A stretch of 64,000 nucleotides of DNA, from contig JANZKC010000001.1 in NCBI GenBank assembly GCA_025061115.1, positions 768,001 through 832,000 of the forward strand. Direction: 5' to 3'. Below are positions 9,372 to 19,945 of this stretch, one piece after another. The stretch's first letter is position 1; each line of letters begins with the position of its first letter. The notes below the pieces were generated by a model that searched no databases, had not been told where the DNA came from, and saw only the letters and a list, made by a program, of their open reading frames with translations. Position numbers and translations under genes: made by a program. Origin of the DNA: Candidatus Culexmicrobium cathedralense. GTDB lineage: Archaea > Thermoproteota > Methanomethylicia > Culexarchaeales > Culexmicrobiaceae.

Positions 9372-10670
9372 ATGTGGAAGAGCTATTCGGAGATTAGAGA
9401 TCCAATTTATGGATATATCTTCATAAGTGAAGTAGAGCGAAAAATTATAGATACTGAGGTATTTCAGCGGTTAAGGAGGATCAAACAACTTGGAGGAGCA
9501 TACTTAACCTATCCAGGAGCTGAACACACGAGGTTTGGGCACTCCATAGGGACAATGCATCTTGCAGGCAAGCTCGGCGAGCACTTGTTAAAGCTTGGAT
9601 TAATCGAAGAAGAGGATATAGAGCGCATTCGCATCGCAGCCCTCCTCCACGACGTGGGTCATGGCCCATTCTCTCACGTATACGAAGACGTATCTACGAA
9701 ATACATTGGCAAAAATCATGAGGATTTGACGCACTGGCTAGTGTTGGAGAGCGAAATAAAGGACATTCTTGACGACCAAGGATTAAATCCAATTGACATT
9801 GCGAATTTAGCCGTAGGAAGGAAGGCTACGAGCGGAAAGCAGTTTTTGGACCAAGTAATTTCAAGTCAGTTTGACGTGGATAAGATGGACTTTCTAGTTA
9901 GGGACTCGCACTTCACAGGAGTACAGTACGGGTTAATTGACGTTTTTAGAATAATATATTCGATCGACGCGATAAATGGAAACTTGGCAGTAGAAATACC
10001 TGGGGCACTTTATGCTCTTGAAGCTTTTTTGATAGCTAGATATGAAATGTTTAAGGCAGTATATTACCATCGAACGGTTAGAAGTGCGAATGTTATGCTT
10101 TCCAAAGCAATGGAGCTAGCCAAGGATTACTTAGGGCTCGTGGACTTCAAAACCCCAGAGGAGTACCTGAAGTTGGATGATGCATTTGTCATCACTAAAA
10201 TTAAAGAACTGAAGAGCAGCAACGATGAGGAATTGAAGCAAGCATTCAAGCTAGTAGACATGCTAAGTAAACGAAGGCTACTCAAGTGCGCATATGAAGT
10301 TACAGTTCACATTAAAGACAAGTTCATGGCCAGCATGCTCACCCGAGAAAGAGTTAGGGAAGAGCTGGAGCAGGAAATCGCTAAAAGAGCAGGAGTAAGT
10401 GAGGAGGAAGTATTTATTGACGTGCCAACACTCCCATCCATTCCATACAATCCGAGGCAGCTTGACCCTATGGAAATAGTAGTCTTTGAGGAGGAGAAAG
10501 GCAGAAAGATTCTGCACCGTCTAAGTGAAATCTCCGACATAGTTAATGTGCTTAAGGGATACCTCGACGTTGTAAGAGCATATACGTTCCCAGAGTACAG
10601 GGAGAAGGTAAGGGAAGCTGCGCGGAGCATTTTAGGGGAAGGCCCTACTTCAACTAAAATTTCACTTTAG
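9372..10670 (+). CDS. HD-domain phosphohydrolase (SAMHD1/dNTPase-like)
   Basis: IRDPIYG, FQRLRRIKQLG, HTRFGHSIG, LLHDVGHGPFSH, DVDKMDFLVRD, VYYHRT. Confidence 0.92.
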   Translation: MWKSYSEIRDPIYGYIFISEVERKIIDTEVFQRLRRIKQLGGAYLTYPGAEHTRFGHSIGTMHLAGKLGEHLLKLGLIEEEDIERIRIAALLHDVGHGPFSHVYEDVSTKYIGKNHEDLTHWLVLESEIKDILDDQGLNPIDIANLAVGRKATSGKQFLDQVISSQFDVDKMDFLVRDSHFTGVQYGLIDVFRIIYSIDAINGNLAVEIPGALYALEAFLIARYEMFKAVYYHRTVRSANVMLSKAMELAKDYLGLVDFKTPEEYLKLDDAFVITKIKELKSSNDEELKQAFKLVDMLSKRRLLKCAYEVTVHIKDKFMASMLTRERVREELEQEIAKRAGVSEEEVFIDVPTLPSIPYNPRQLDPMEIVVFEEEKGRKILHRLSEISDIVNVLKGYLDVVRAYTFPEYREKVREAARSILGEGPTSTKISL

Positions 10671-10685
10671 CGGTAAAGCAATCCA

Positions 10686-11105
10686 TTAAGCCCTAACCAC
10701 CTTAACTCTTCCAGCAGCGCCATCAACGTAGACGTAATCGCCATCGCGAATTACTTCGAGGGGGTTAATCAATAAGTGGTCGACTAATGGGATATTTGAA
10801 ATTATGCATCCAACAATCACGACATGATCAGCTTCAATATTTATTATCGCTGCAGGAGCTGTTCCAAGTTTCGACATCCAATACAAGGTGTAGGCGCCTA
10901 CTGTGCTGCCCTTGCCATGAGGAAAGACCAGCACCTTACCTGAAATGGATCTCCCATTAAGAGGATGCCCCGATTCAATTATTAAGCCAGTGGGGGGGTC
11001 TACGCCACCAAAGAAGGATATCGGCTCACTGGAAACTAGAGCAGGTCCTTCTCCAGCACTTCCTGATAATCCACGCCCCTTAAGGAGCAGTTCCCTTCCC
11101 TTCAA
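10686..11105 (-). CDS. Aconitase X swivel subunit (DUF126); phosphomevalonate dehydratase small subunit
   Basis: ISFFGGVDP, GKVLVFPHGKGSTVG. Confidence 0.9.
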   Translation of the reverse strand: MKGRELLLKGRGLSGSAGEGPALVSSEPISFFGGVDPPTGLIIESGHPLNGRSISGKVLVFPHGKGSTVGAYTLYWMSKLGTAPAAIINIEADHVVIVGCIISNIPLVDHLLINPLEVIRDGDYVYVDGAAGRVKVVRA

Positions 11106-11107
11106 GG

Positions 11108-12289
11108 CTAACTTGCCTCCGCAAAGCTTTGAATGCAGGTTTTCATATCCATGAGAGTTACCGTAACTTTCTGTAGAGAGGTTAAGTAATGCGCCGCTTT
11201 ACATGAATTTGTAGCGACAATAGCATCCTTAAGTACATTTCTCGGCATTACTACCGGGCAAGTGTCACAGAAAATTTGTCCTCCAGCAGCTTCTATGGCC
11301 GTTACATATCCGCACCTCTCTGCTTCCTTAAAAACGGTTTGAGAAGTAAATATCCATAGCTTAACGCCCTTCTTAATGCGTTTGCCCCTTAGTAGATGTG
11401 AGAGATTCCTGATTTCATTCAAGCTGCAGTGCGGACAGCCAAAGATTATGAACTGTGACTTCAAAGTGGAAGAGAATTCATCGATAAGTCTGGAAATGTC
11501 GCTTTTGTCGATTTGAATTTTCTCTACAGCAGTTGAAGAGCATTCATCATCTAGGTGAAACATAGAGATGCCTCCAGAAGTAGCCAACCCCGCGGAAAGT
11601 GCTTTTAAAAGCTCTAGTTGCTTACGCCTAAATCCGCAAATAGCAGGCACGCCAATTCCCAAAGTTTTGCCTATGAGGTATCCAAGTGCGCTGGCCTCAA
11701 GAATAGAGGAAATTTTAGTTGATACCAAAACTTTGCATGTTGCACCTCGCATACTTTCAAGGTGGTACCCACAATATGGCGTCAGCCCCGTAATTGCAGA
11801 GGCAAGCGCTGATGGGCCGCTTTCTCTATTGGTCTTAGCGCCAACAACTGAATTTACATATACAACTGCTGAAGACTCAGCCCACGCAACATCACTGCCA
11901 CGCTTAGGTAGATTCCCGGAGAGATATGGAGTACAAGTACATATGGGCTTGGCACCCATCCGCTTGAAAGCTTCAATTATGCGTTTCTGCTTTACGTAAA
12001 ACTCTTCAGATACGCCCATTTCCCTCCATTTTATAAGATCAATTCCAGCGGGGTTTAGGGTTGTGAGAACTTTAACTCGAGCGCCCAGCAACGAAAAATC
12101 TTCGATAAAGGATAATCCCGCATCGCCGATGTTAGCGTAGCTAATACCCGAAATGTGGGCGCTTGAAATTGGAATCAGCTTTTCAGCTCCTAATGCATCT
12201 CCTAGAGCTACGAGCAACTCCATGGCTTTCTGAACTGCTAAGCCCCGCTCGCCTTTAAGCATTAATTCCTGCTCTTTAGTGAGGTGCAA
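11108..12289 (-). CDS. Aconitase X catalytic subunit (DUF521); phosphomevalonate dehydratase large subunit
   Basis: TCTPYL, AWAESSAVVYVNSVVGAKTNRE, FGCPHCS, DTCPVV; likely TTG start 12289. Confidence 0.9.
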   Translation of the reverse strand: MHLTKEQELMLKGERGLAVQKAMELLVALGDALGAEKLIPISSAHISGISYANIGDAGLSFIEDFSLLGARVKVLTTLNPAGIDLIKWREMGVSEEFYVKQKRIIEAFKRMGAKPICTCTPYLSGNLPKRGSDVAWAESSAVVYVNSVVGAKTNRESGPSALASAITGLTPYCGYHLESMRGATCKVLVSTKISSILEASALGYLIGKTLGIGVPAICGFRRKQLELLKALSAGLATSGGISMFHLDDECSSTAVEKIQIDKSDISRLIDEFSSTLKSQFIIFGCPHCSLNEIRNLSHLLRGKRIKKGVKLWIFTSQTVFKEAERCGYVTAIEAAGGQIFCDTCPVVMPRNVLKDAIVATNSCKAAHYLTSLQKVTVTLMDMKTCIQSFAEAS

Positions 12290-13631
12290 TGCGAAGGGCC
12301 TCCAAGATCTTCTTAACTTCACTCAACCGGGGAATTGCGGCCTTTTGAAAGTGATGAGCAGGCTTATTTAAGGGCTTTGTAGCATCAATTCCCATCTTCG
12401 CAGTTATTAGTTGCTCTTGGTCCGCTGATGGATCAATACTTGAGCCCCTCACATGCCTTATGATCAAAAGGTCTTCATCTGCTTGAAAGCGCGTTGCAAT
12501 GGCCCACTCAACCTCGTTAATGTCGTCTATGTTGATGTCTTCATCAACAACGATTACATGCTTTAAACTTGGATGAGCTGCAAAGGCTGCTAGAATTGCA
12601 TTTTTCGCATCACCTTCGCATGCCTTTTTTATTGATATAATTGCATGAAGCCAGCCGCACCCTCCAAATGAAAGCTTGACATCCTTAACCTCTGGAACTA
12701 CTTGGCTGACGTATTTGCGAATTAGAGCCTCCCTGTGAAATCCCATTAGAAGTCGGTGTTCAGAGCTTGCTGGGAGAATGGCTTGATAAATCGCATCTTC
12801 TCTCATGAAAATCTTACTAACTTTTATCACAGGCTGCTTTCGAATCACATCATATGTTCCAGTTATGTCGACAAATGGACCTTCGTCTGAGAGCGTATTA
12901 GGGTAGAGAAAGCCTTCAATGAGGATCTCTGCATCTGCAGGAATTAAAATATCAGCATGGGTACAGCGCGTGACTTTGAGCTTATTTCCCACTAATGAGT
13001 TTGCCACGTGAAGCTCATCAACCCCTAAAGGTGGAGATGAAGATGCAGCTAGGAGAACTGCGGGGTGAAGCCCAATGACAATTGCTATTGGAAGGGGTTC
13101 TCCCATACGCTCTGCCCTCTTCATCATGTGGTATAAATGTCTGGGAACTACACGGATTACCAATGTTCTCTCATCTAGAACGAGCATTCTATGAATCGAA
13201 GCGTTTTGGTAGTGTTCCTTTAAATCTTTAGCAATAACTACTCCAGCAGTAATGTAAGGCCCAGCATCTCGCTCATAATGAGTGAGGGCCGGCAGCCTAT
13301 ACAAGCTGGTTTCTTCTAAGTCTTTAACTGGAGCATCCTCAACTTCAGTTGGAGGAGTAGGCTTCTCAATTGCCTCTAGAAGCAGGTCATGCAATTTGTA
13401 GCTCGACACACCTAGAGCCAAACTAAGCTTATTCCGAGAATTGCAAACACCGCCTACAACTTTAATGCTAAATCCCTTCACACTCTTAAAAAGTGCTGCT
13501 GGGCCGCGATCCAACACTTTCAGTGCCGCAGCTATCTCGTACTTAGGTGAAAGCGAATGCTCAACGTGAACCAGCTCTCCTGCCTGCTCAAGCACCTTTA
13601 AAGCACGCCTCAAATCTACATCAGCCAACAT
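12276..13631 (-). CDS. UbiD-family decarboxylase (likely anhydromevalonate phosphate decarboxylase)
   Basis: DAGPYITAG, EGPFVDITGTYD, KHVIVVDEDI, KMGIDATKP; operon with AcnX genes. Confidence 0.9.
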   Translation of the reverse strand: MLADVDLRRALKVLEQAGELVHVEHSLSPKYEIAAALKVLDRGPAALFKSVKGFSIKVVGGVCNSRNKLSLALGVSSYKLHDLLLEAIEKPTPPTEVEDAPVKDLEETSLYRLPALTHYERDAGPYITAGVVIAKDLKEHYQNASIHRMLVLDERTLVIRVVPRHLYHMMKRAERMGEPLPIAIVIGLHPAVLLAASSSPPLGVDELHVANSLVGNKLKVTRCTHADILIPADAEILIEGFLYPNTLSDEGPFVDITGTYDVIRKQPVIKVSKIFMREDAIYQAILPASSEHRLLMGFHREALIRKYVSQVVPEVKDVKLSFGGCGWLHAIISIKKACEGDAKNAILAAFAAHPSLKHVIVVDEDINIDDINEVEWAIATRFQADEDLLIIRHVRGSSIDPSADQEQLITAKMGIDATKPLNKPAHHFQKAAIPRLSEVKKILEALRIAPH

Positions 13632-13768
13632 TCACACCAAGAAAAAGGGGCATCGCCGCACAATTAAACATTTTCGAATACAAAAGGTAGAGGTTCGCAT
13701 CTTGAATTAAGAGGTAAAAAATAAATAATCCGCCACATTTTGCAGTAACGGTATAGGAGGAGATCACC

Positions 13769-15397
13769 ATGACGGCTGTAACTGGTCAACCTGTGCTTCT
13801 TTTAAAGGAAGGAGCAAGTAGAACCATAGGGCGGGAAGCATTAAGGTCTAACATACTAGCCGCTAGAATATTGGCTGAAACAATAAGAAGTTCACTCGGT
13901 CCTCGCGGTATGGATAAAATGCTAGTAGACAGCTTCGGAGACATCGTGATAACTAATGATGGTGCGACGATCCTAAAGGAAATGGATGTTCAGCACCCAG
14001 CTGCAAAAATGATGGTTGAAGTAGCAAAGGCACAGGACGACGAAGTTGGAGATGGAACAACAACGTCAGTAATTCTAGCTGGAGAACTGCTAAAACAAGC
14101 TGAAGACCTCTTGCTACAGGATGTCCACCCAACAATCATAATAGAAGGTTACAAGAAAGCCATGGACAAAGCTCTAGAGATAATTGATGAAATCGCAGTC
14201 CCAATAGACCCAACCGATAAGGAGACGCTGAAGAAAGCAGGAATAACATCATTGTCAAGCAAAGCAATGATAGTTGGCGCAATTGAAAGGCTAACCGAAA
14301 TGGCCGTAGATGCAGTTCTACAAGTTGCTGAGAAGAAGGATGACAAATGGCACGTAGACATAGATAATGTGAAGGTAGAGAAGAAGGAAGGCGGATCTCT
14401 AGATGACACCAAGCTGGTTTACGGCATAGTTCTGGATAAGGAAGTTGTTCACCCAGGCATGCCAAAGCGCGTGGAAAATGCAAAGATTGCACTGCTAAAT
14501 TGCCCAATTGAAGTCGAAAAAACCGAAATCAGTGCAAAGATACACATTACAAGCCCAGAACAGATGCGCGCATTCCTAGAGCGAGAAACTGAAATGCTTA
14601 AGAAAATGGTTGAAAAAATAGCCGAAGTTGGAGCAAACGTGGTCATATGCCAGAAGGGCATTGACGACGTAGCCCAGCACTACCTAGCCAAAAAGAAAAT
14701 CCTGGCAGTGAGGAGAGTCAAGGAGTCAGACATGGCAAAAATAGCGAAAGCTACAGGTGGAAAAATCATTACCAGCATTGACGACTTATCATCAAAGGAC
14801 TTAGGAGAAGCTGAGCTTGTTGAAGAAAGAAAAGTCGGCGAGGACAAGATGGTATTCATCGAGGGTTGCAAGAACCCTAAGGCAGTAACTATTCTGGTAC
14901 GCGGAGGAACAAAGCACCTCATTGATGAGGCAGAGAGATCACTGCACGATGCACTGTGCGTTGTAAGAAACCTAGTTAGAGAGCCTAAGATTGTGGCTGG
15001 AGGAGGAGCTCCAGAAGCAGAAGTAGCGCATAGAATTCGAGAGTGGGCCAGAACACTAAGAGGAAAAGAGCAACTTGCGGCATTGAAGTTTGCAGATGCC
15101 TTAGAGGTCATACCATTAACACTAGCTGAAAACGCAGGACTAGACCCAGTAGACATCATGGTCGATTTGAGAGCCAGACACGAGAAGGGCGAGAAATGGA
15201 CAGGAATCGACATTGTAAATGGAAAAGTGACAAACATGTGGGAGAAGGGAGTACTAGAGCCAGCTTGTGTGAAGAAGCAAGCAATCAAATCTGGAACGGA
15301 AGCTGCAATAATGATTCTGAGAATAGATGACATAATTGCAGCTGCACCACCAAGCAAGGAAGAGAAAGGAAAGAGTGGAGGAGAAGAATTTAGTTAA
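13769..15397 (+). CDS. thsA: Thermosome (group II chaperonin) subunit, alpha-like
   Basis: [31 protein letters not shown]; alpha/beta label tentative. Confidence 0.95.
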   Translation: MTAVTGQPVLLLKEGASRTIGREALRSNILAARILAETIRSSLGPRGMDKMLVDSFGDIVITNDGATILKEMDVQHPAAKMMVEVAKAQDDEVGDGTTTSVILAGELLKQAEDLLLQDVHPTIIIEGYKKAMDKALEIIDEIAVPIDPTDKETLKKAGITSLSSKAMIVGAIERLTEMAVDAVLQVAEKKDDKWHVDIDNVKVEKKEGGSLDDTKLVYGIVLDKEVVHPGMPKRVENAKIALLNCPIEVEKTEISAKIHITSPEQMRAFLERETEMLKKMVEKIAEVGANVVICQKGIDDVAQHYLAKKKILAVRRVKESDMAKIAKATGGKIITSIDDLSSKDLGEAELVEERKVGEDKMVFIEGCKNPKAVTILVRGGTKHLIDEAERSLHDALCVVRNLVREPKIVAGGGAPEAEVAHRIREWARTLRGKEQLAALKFADALEVIPLTLAENAGLDPVDIMVDLRARHEKGEKWTGIDIVNGKVTNMWEKGVLEPACVKKQAIKSGTEAAIMILRIDDIIAAAPPSKEEKGKSGGEEFS

Positions 15398-15410
15398 ATA
15401 GATAATTAGT

Positions 15411-15453
15411 TAAATAGATAAAAAAATAATTATATTATTTTTTTATCTATTTA
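15411..15453. terminator. Perfect 20-bp A/T-rich inverted repeat between convergent thermosome genes; candidate bidirectional terminator
   Basis: TAAATAGATAAAAAAATAAT-tat-ATTATTTTTTTATCTATTTA; T7 tract on each strand. Confidence 0.6.
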
Positions 15454-15474
15454 CATGTTTAAAATATTGTGTTT

Positions 15475-17151
15475 TTAGAATTTAGTCTCGCTTTCTTCTT
15501 CCTCTTCTTTCTTCTCCTTTTCCTTCTCCTTTTCTTCTTCAAACCTTGATGCAGCGATTATATCGTCTATCCTCAAAATCATTGCCGCTGCTTCAACTGC
15601 CGACTTGATGGCATTGAATTTAACTATTAATGGTTCGACTACGTCCAATTTTAGCATGTCCGCTGGCTTTCCGCCGAATACGTCAACTCCATACCATTTT
15701 CCTTCTGGTTTCTCGTGTGATGCTCGTAGCTCTGCAAGAATGTCTATTGGATCTAGCCCTGCGTTCTCAGCTAACGTTCTGGGGACAACTTCTATCGCAT
15801 TTGCAAACGCTTCTATTGCAAGCTGCTCTCTTCCACCTACGCTTACTGCATATTCTCTTAATGCCTTGGCAATTTCAAGCTCTGGAGCTCCTCCTCCAGC
15901 CACAATCTTAGGCTCTCTTATTACATCCGCTACCACGTAGAGTGCATCCTTTATTGCTCGCTCCGCTTCATCTACGAAGCGCTCAAGACCGCCTCTGATT
16001 AGGATGCTCACTGATCTTGGATTCTTGCAGCCCTCAACAAACACCACTTTTTCGTCTGCAACTTTTCTCTCTTCAACAAGCTCAGCTTCTCCCAAGTCAC
16101 TGGCTGTTAGGTCGTCTATATTAGTGACTATTCTCCCACCAGTAGCTCTGGACAGCTTCTCCATGTCTGACTTCTTTACTCTCCTTACAGCGAGTATTCC
16201 ATTTTTGGCTAGGTAGTGCTGAGCAATGTCATCGATGCCCTTCTGGCAGAAGAGGACGTTCGCTCCAATGGATTTGATTTTCTCTACCATTGACTTAAGT
16301 AGGCGCTCTTCTTCTTCTAGGAATGCGCGCATTTGCTCTGGGTCTGTTATTCTAATTTCAGCATCGATCTCGGTTTTTTCAACTTCCAGTGGACAGTCTA
16401 ATAGTGCAATTTTCGCGTTTTCCACGCGCTTTGGCATGCCTGGGTGAACAACTTCCTTATCAACTATGATGCCGTAGATCAGCGTTGTGTCCAGCAGTCC
16501 ACCGCCCTTCTTTTTGATAATTTGAATTTGGTCGATATCAGCAAATAGCTTGCCATCCCTTTCTTCTGCTATTTGCTTTACTGCTTTAACTGCTATTTCA
16601 GCCAAGTGCTCTTTGGCCACGGCAACTACCTTTCCACTCATGGAGGTCATTGCAATTTTCTTTAGGGTTTCTTCGTCATCGATGTTTACGGGTATGGCTA
16701 TTTTTTCTAGAACTTCCTTGGCTTTATCCACAGCTTTCTTAAAGCCATTAATTATTAAGGTTGGATGAATGTTCTTCTCTAGCAGGGATTCCGCCTCTTT
16801 CAGTAGCTCACCTGCAAGAACTACAGCTGTTGTTGTCCCATCACCAACTTCCTTGTCTTGAGACTTTGCTACTTCAACCATCATTTTTGCAGCTGGGTGC
16901 TGAACATCCATTTCTTCTAGGATTGTTGCACCGTCATTAGTTATGGTAATATCGCCTAAGCTGTCTACTAGCATTTTATCCATACCGCGAGGGCCAAGCG
17001 AGCTCCTAACGATTTCAGCAACAGCTCTTGCTGCCATGACATTTACTCTTTGAGCTTCCTTTCCAAAAGTCCTACTTGTTCCCTCCTTCAGGATTAGTAC
17101 TGGAACACCACCAATTTGCCCAATAGTAGCTACCTTAGGTCTAGCCGTCAT
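15475..17151 (-). CDS. thsB: Thermosome (group II chaperonin) subunit, beta-like
   Basis: [23 protein letters not shown], charged C-tail; ATG at 17151 preferred over track start 17175. Confidence 0.95.
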   Translation of the reverse strand: MTARPKVATIGQIGGVPVLILKEGTSRTFGKEAQRVNVMAARAVAEIVRSSLGPRGMDKMLVDSLGDITITNDGATILEEMDVQHPAAKMMVEVAKSQDKEVGDGTTTAVVLAGELLKEAESLLEKNIHPTLIINGFKKAVDKAKEVLEKIAIPVNIDDEETLKKIAMTSMSGKVVAVAKEHLAEIAVKAVKQIAEERDGKLFADIDQIQIIKKKGGGLLDTTLIYGIIVDKEVVHPGMPKRVENAKIALLDCPLEVEKTEIDAEIRITDPEQMRAFLEEEERLLKSMVEKIKSIGANVLFCQKGIDDIAQHYLAKNGILAVRRVKKSDMEKLSRATGGRIVTNIDDLTASDLGEAELVEERKVADEKVVFVEGCKNPRSVSILIRGGLERFVDEAERAIKDALYVVADVIREPKIVAGGGAPELEIAKALREYAVSVGGREQLAIEAFANAIEVVPRTLAENAGLDPIDILAELRASHEKPEGKWYGVDVFGGKPADMLKLDVVEPLIVKFNAIKSAVEAAAMILRIDDIIAASRFEEEKEKEKEKKEEEEESETKF

Positions 17152-17257
17152 CTCTATCGCCCCAACAATAAACACTAGTGCGACTATATATTCATTTCTT
17201 CATAAGGGATGAGCCTGTTAAGGTAAGTGTTGAAAATAATGGATCTAATGGCGCGGG

Positions 17258-18553
17258 CTAAAATGACCACGGATCGAGTTTTTTAATCTCTCTTCCAGTA
17301 TCGCTTATCTTCACATTGCCTAGCACTATTAACCCTACTTCTTCATTAACTGGAGTTAATGTCTCAATAGACCGCTTTGAAAAGTTTACTTCTTTAATAA
17401 TCCCTATTCCTAGGAAGAGGCCTTCAGAGCTGAAGAGGCCGGCCAAAAGTCCTTTTTCGAAGCCTTGCGGCAGCAGTATTATCTCTTCCTTACCAGTTTC
17501 CTGTTTGATTAATTCTTTAGCCTGCTCTTTCAGCTCATTTGAAATGTCGCCCTTTGAAATTAATAGGAGAGCGTCAGAGCAGTGTTCACCATATAGGAAC
17601 TGGAGGCCAGTTAATGATTCAAGGTTTTTAAGCTCTTCGCGGGGGAGCGGGAAGCCTGAGCCCATAAATGAGAACATTAGCCCAACCCTATCCATTGAGA
17701 AAACTCTAGTTTTAGCTCCTGAAAGATATTTGTTGTATGAGGCTTCCCTAATGAGTCTTCGTTCTTCTTTACTCCTTGACCTAATCACTCTTGGAGTGGG
17801 TATGCGAATGATCTCCAAGTTGGTGAGCCCTTGGAAGGGCTTTAATAGATGCTCTAGCTCACTGCCGCGCTGAATTGCAACTACTGTTTTTGGGTTAAGA
17901 AGCAACATTAAAGATAACTTTAAGGTTCGCGCTCCTCTACCAGAAATCCACCCACTTGTATTAACTACGATTACTTCTGCTCCTTCCTTAAGCGCAGCAT
18001 CCAAGAGCGTTCTCGCACCGACGATAACTCTATCGATCAACCCTTTAGGTGAAGTTGAGCCGACGAAAAAGGCATTAAAGAGGGGAACGACGGATAATGA
18101 GGCTACGGGCTTCTCTAGGAAGCCCAATCCTATGGTTGTCGGAGGTCCTATGTCAGATTGACCCAAGTCGTTATCTATAATTGCCGTTTTGAATCCCCTA
18201 ATGTAAGATTGGTTGGCTAGGAACGTGCAGAACGTGCTTTTTCCGCTGTCAACATCCCCAAGCACTATAATGGTCATGGGCTTCTCCATATTGAGAATTC
18301 TATCCACCGCATTTTTCCATTCAGGGGGGATGGTAATGTCCTCCAGCTCCTCCAATCCACCACCCTCTCCAATTCTCACTTCTATGATGGAATCTTCTAA
18401 GGCTTCGAACACCATAACTTTGGACTTTGGAACTACAGTGGATTCTCTAGGTAGCATCCTCTTTCCGAGAACTGTCAAAGAGCCTTCAATTACCTGAATA
18501 AATGCTGGTCCTTCAACTTTGATCACTCTAGATTTTGCTAACTCCACCTTCAT
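17258..18553 (-). CDS. Clp1/Nol9-family polynucleotide 5'-hydroxyl kinase
   Basis: GDVDSGKST, DLGQSDIGPPTTIG, VNTSGW, lid RSKEERRLIR; N-terminal beta domain and C-terminal domain. Confidence 0.9.
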   Translation of the reverse strand: MKVELAKSRVIKVEGPAFIQVIEGSLTVLGKRMLPRESTVVPKSKVMVFEALEDSIIEVRIGEGGGLEELEDITIPPEWKNAVDRILNMEKPMTIIVLGDVDSGKSTFCTFLANQSYIRGFKTAIIDNDLGQSDIGPPTTIGLGFLEKPVASLSVVPLFNAFFVGSTSPKGLIDRVIVGARTLLDAALKEGAEVIVVNTSGWISGRGARTLKLSLMLLLNPKTVVAIQRGSELEHLLKPFQGLTNLEIIRIPTPRVIRSRSKEERRLIREASYNKYLSGAKTRVFSMDRVGLMFSFMGSGFPLPREELKNLESLTGLQFLYGEHCSDALLLISKGDISNELKEQAKELIKQETGKEEIILLPQGFEKGLLAGLFSSEGLFLGIGIIKEVNFSKRSIETLTPVNEEVGLIVLGNVKISDTGREIKKLDPWSF

Positions 18554-19178
18554 GTCCAGACACCTCGAGCCTATTTATGGGAGCTCCTCTACTCAAAGCG
18601 ATGTTACATGCCGCCTTAACGTCAGATGGGAGAGGATATTGCTTAATATAGGGGGACATGGGCAGGGATTCGCTAACTAACTCCAAATGCGTCTTAGGAG
18701 GTAAAATGATTTCACGCAATCTAGCGAGGATGGTATGTAGATATTTATCTCCACCGCTTCCAATTCGTATAATTCTCCTTCTAGCTGGGCACATGGAAAG
18801 CAATTTAGTTAGAAATTCAACTAGTTTATCCGTGCTGTAAAATACCTTTAGCGCTATGGGCGTTCCGTCAGCAAGAGCTGCAAAGCCCAATTTGGCACCA
18901 GGATCTATTCCTATTATCAAGTTATCGAACATGGTTTTGCCCTTGAGCGCACAAATAACCTTGAAAATGGACTCTTCAGCATTCTCCTCAGTGACAGTTA
19001 TTACAGTTTTCCGATCATCGCATTTTGCTTCACCGCGTGAAGTGAGCACAACCTTGATGTCATTTGGTACGGCAAGTCCAGGAGTAATGCTTACGAAATC
19101 AATGCTGTGCTCCTTAAGCAGCCTGGATATGATGTAGTAAATTCTCGGGTCCCTTGTCATTATTGCAACCTTTGCCAA
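18528..19178 (-). CDS. Hypothetical protein with RNase H-like (YqgF/RuvC-type) domain
   Basis: IIGIDPGAKLGFAALADG, IRIGSG, SDVKAACNIA. Confidence 0.65.
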   Translation of the reverse strand: MAKVAIMTRDPRIYYIISRLLKEHSIDFVSITPGLAVPNDIKVVLTSRGEAKCDDRKTVITVTEENAEESIFKVICALKGKTMFDNLIIGIDPGAKLGFAALADGTPIALKVFYSTDKLVEFLTKLLSMCPARRRIIRIGSGGDKYLHTILARLREIILPPKTHLELVSESLPMSPYIKQYPLPSDVKAACNIALSRGAPINRLEVSGHEGGVSKI

Positions 19179-19258
19179 CGCTCCATCACCAAATGTAGCT
19201 CATCATAACTAGAGAAAAGTCGAGAGTTATATACCCTTTGCGCCAATGTGATTTTGAA

Positions 19259-19945
19259 ATGAAACCCAACGCAATAGCGACAGGACACAGGAAGCTTGAT
19301 AGAGCTTTGAATGGAGGAATCAACATAGGGAAAGTAACGCTGATTTATGGAGAAGCAGGAACAGGTAAAACAGCCATCTCATTAAGCTGCTCTGCAACCT
19401 GCGCACTTTTAGGCTTGAAAGCAATCTATCTAACCTCTGAAAAGCCTTTTCCAGCAGAAAGGCTAGCTACTATTGTTGGCAGAAACCTTGAAAAAGCAGC
19501 TAAAAGGATAGTGGTCATTGAACTGGAAGACTTCGAGCAGCAACTGGAAACGATAGAGAAGCTCGAATTTTTCATTACGCCCACGGTGGGATTAGTTGTA
19601 GTCGACACGATTACGGCTAGGTATAGGGAGGCAATTTCTAGAGGTGTGGACTCAATTAGCGCGAATAAATCGCTAAGTAGGCAACTCGCGATGTTACGGT
19701 ACATTGCAGAGAGAAGGGGTGTAGCAGTAATTGTAACAGGACAAGTTAGGGAGGTCATAGGTGAAGACAGGGAAGAGGTTGTCGCTTCAAAAGTCATGCA
19801 ATTTTGGCCAAACACCATAATTAGGCTAGAGAAAATCGAGAATAGAAGAATCGCATTTATAGAGAAAAGCGAAAATAAAGATGCATTAGGATTCAGGGTG
19901 CTGTTCAAGATAACTAGCCGAGGAATAGAAGATGGAGAATATTGA
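19259..19945 (+). CDS. radB: RadB-like RecA-superfamily ATPase
   Basis: TGHRKLDRALNGG, YGEAGTGKT, LVVVDT, VTGQV; no N-terminal HhH domain. Confidence 0.8.
   Translation: MKPNAIATGHRKLDRALNGGINIGKVTLIYGEAGTGKTAISLSCSATCALLGLKAIYLTSEKPFPAERLATIVGRNLEKAAKRIVVIELEDFEQQLETIEKLEFFITPTVGLVVVDTITARYREAISRGVDSISANKSLSRQLAMLRYIAERRGVAVIVTGQVREVIGEDREEVVASKVMQFWPNTIIRLEKIENRRIAFIEKSENKDALGFRVLFKITSRGIEDGEY

Noticed and set aside
14136-16768. Many antisense ORFs inside the thermosome genes (and similar ones across the window)
   Set aside because: Shadow frames of well-supported genes on the opposite strand
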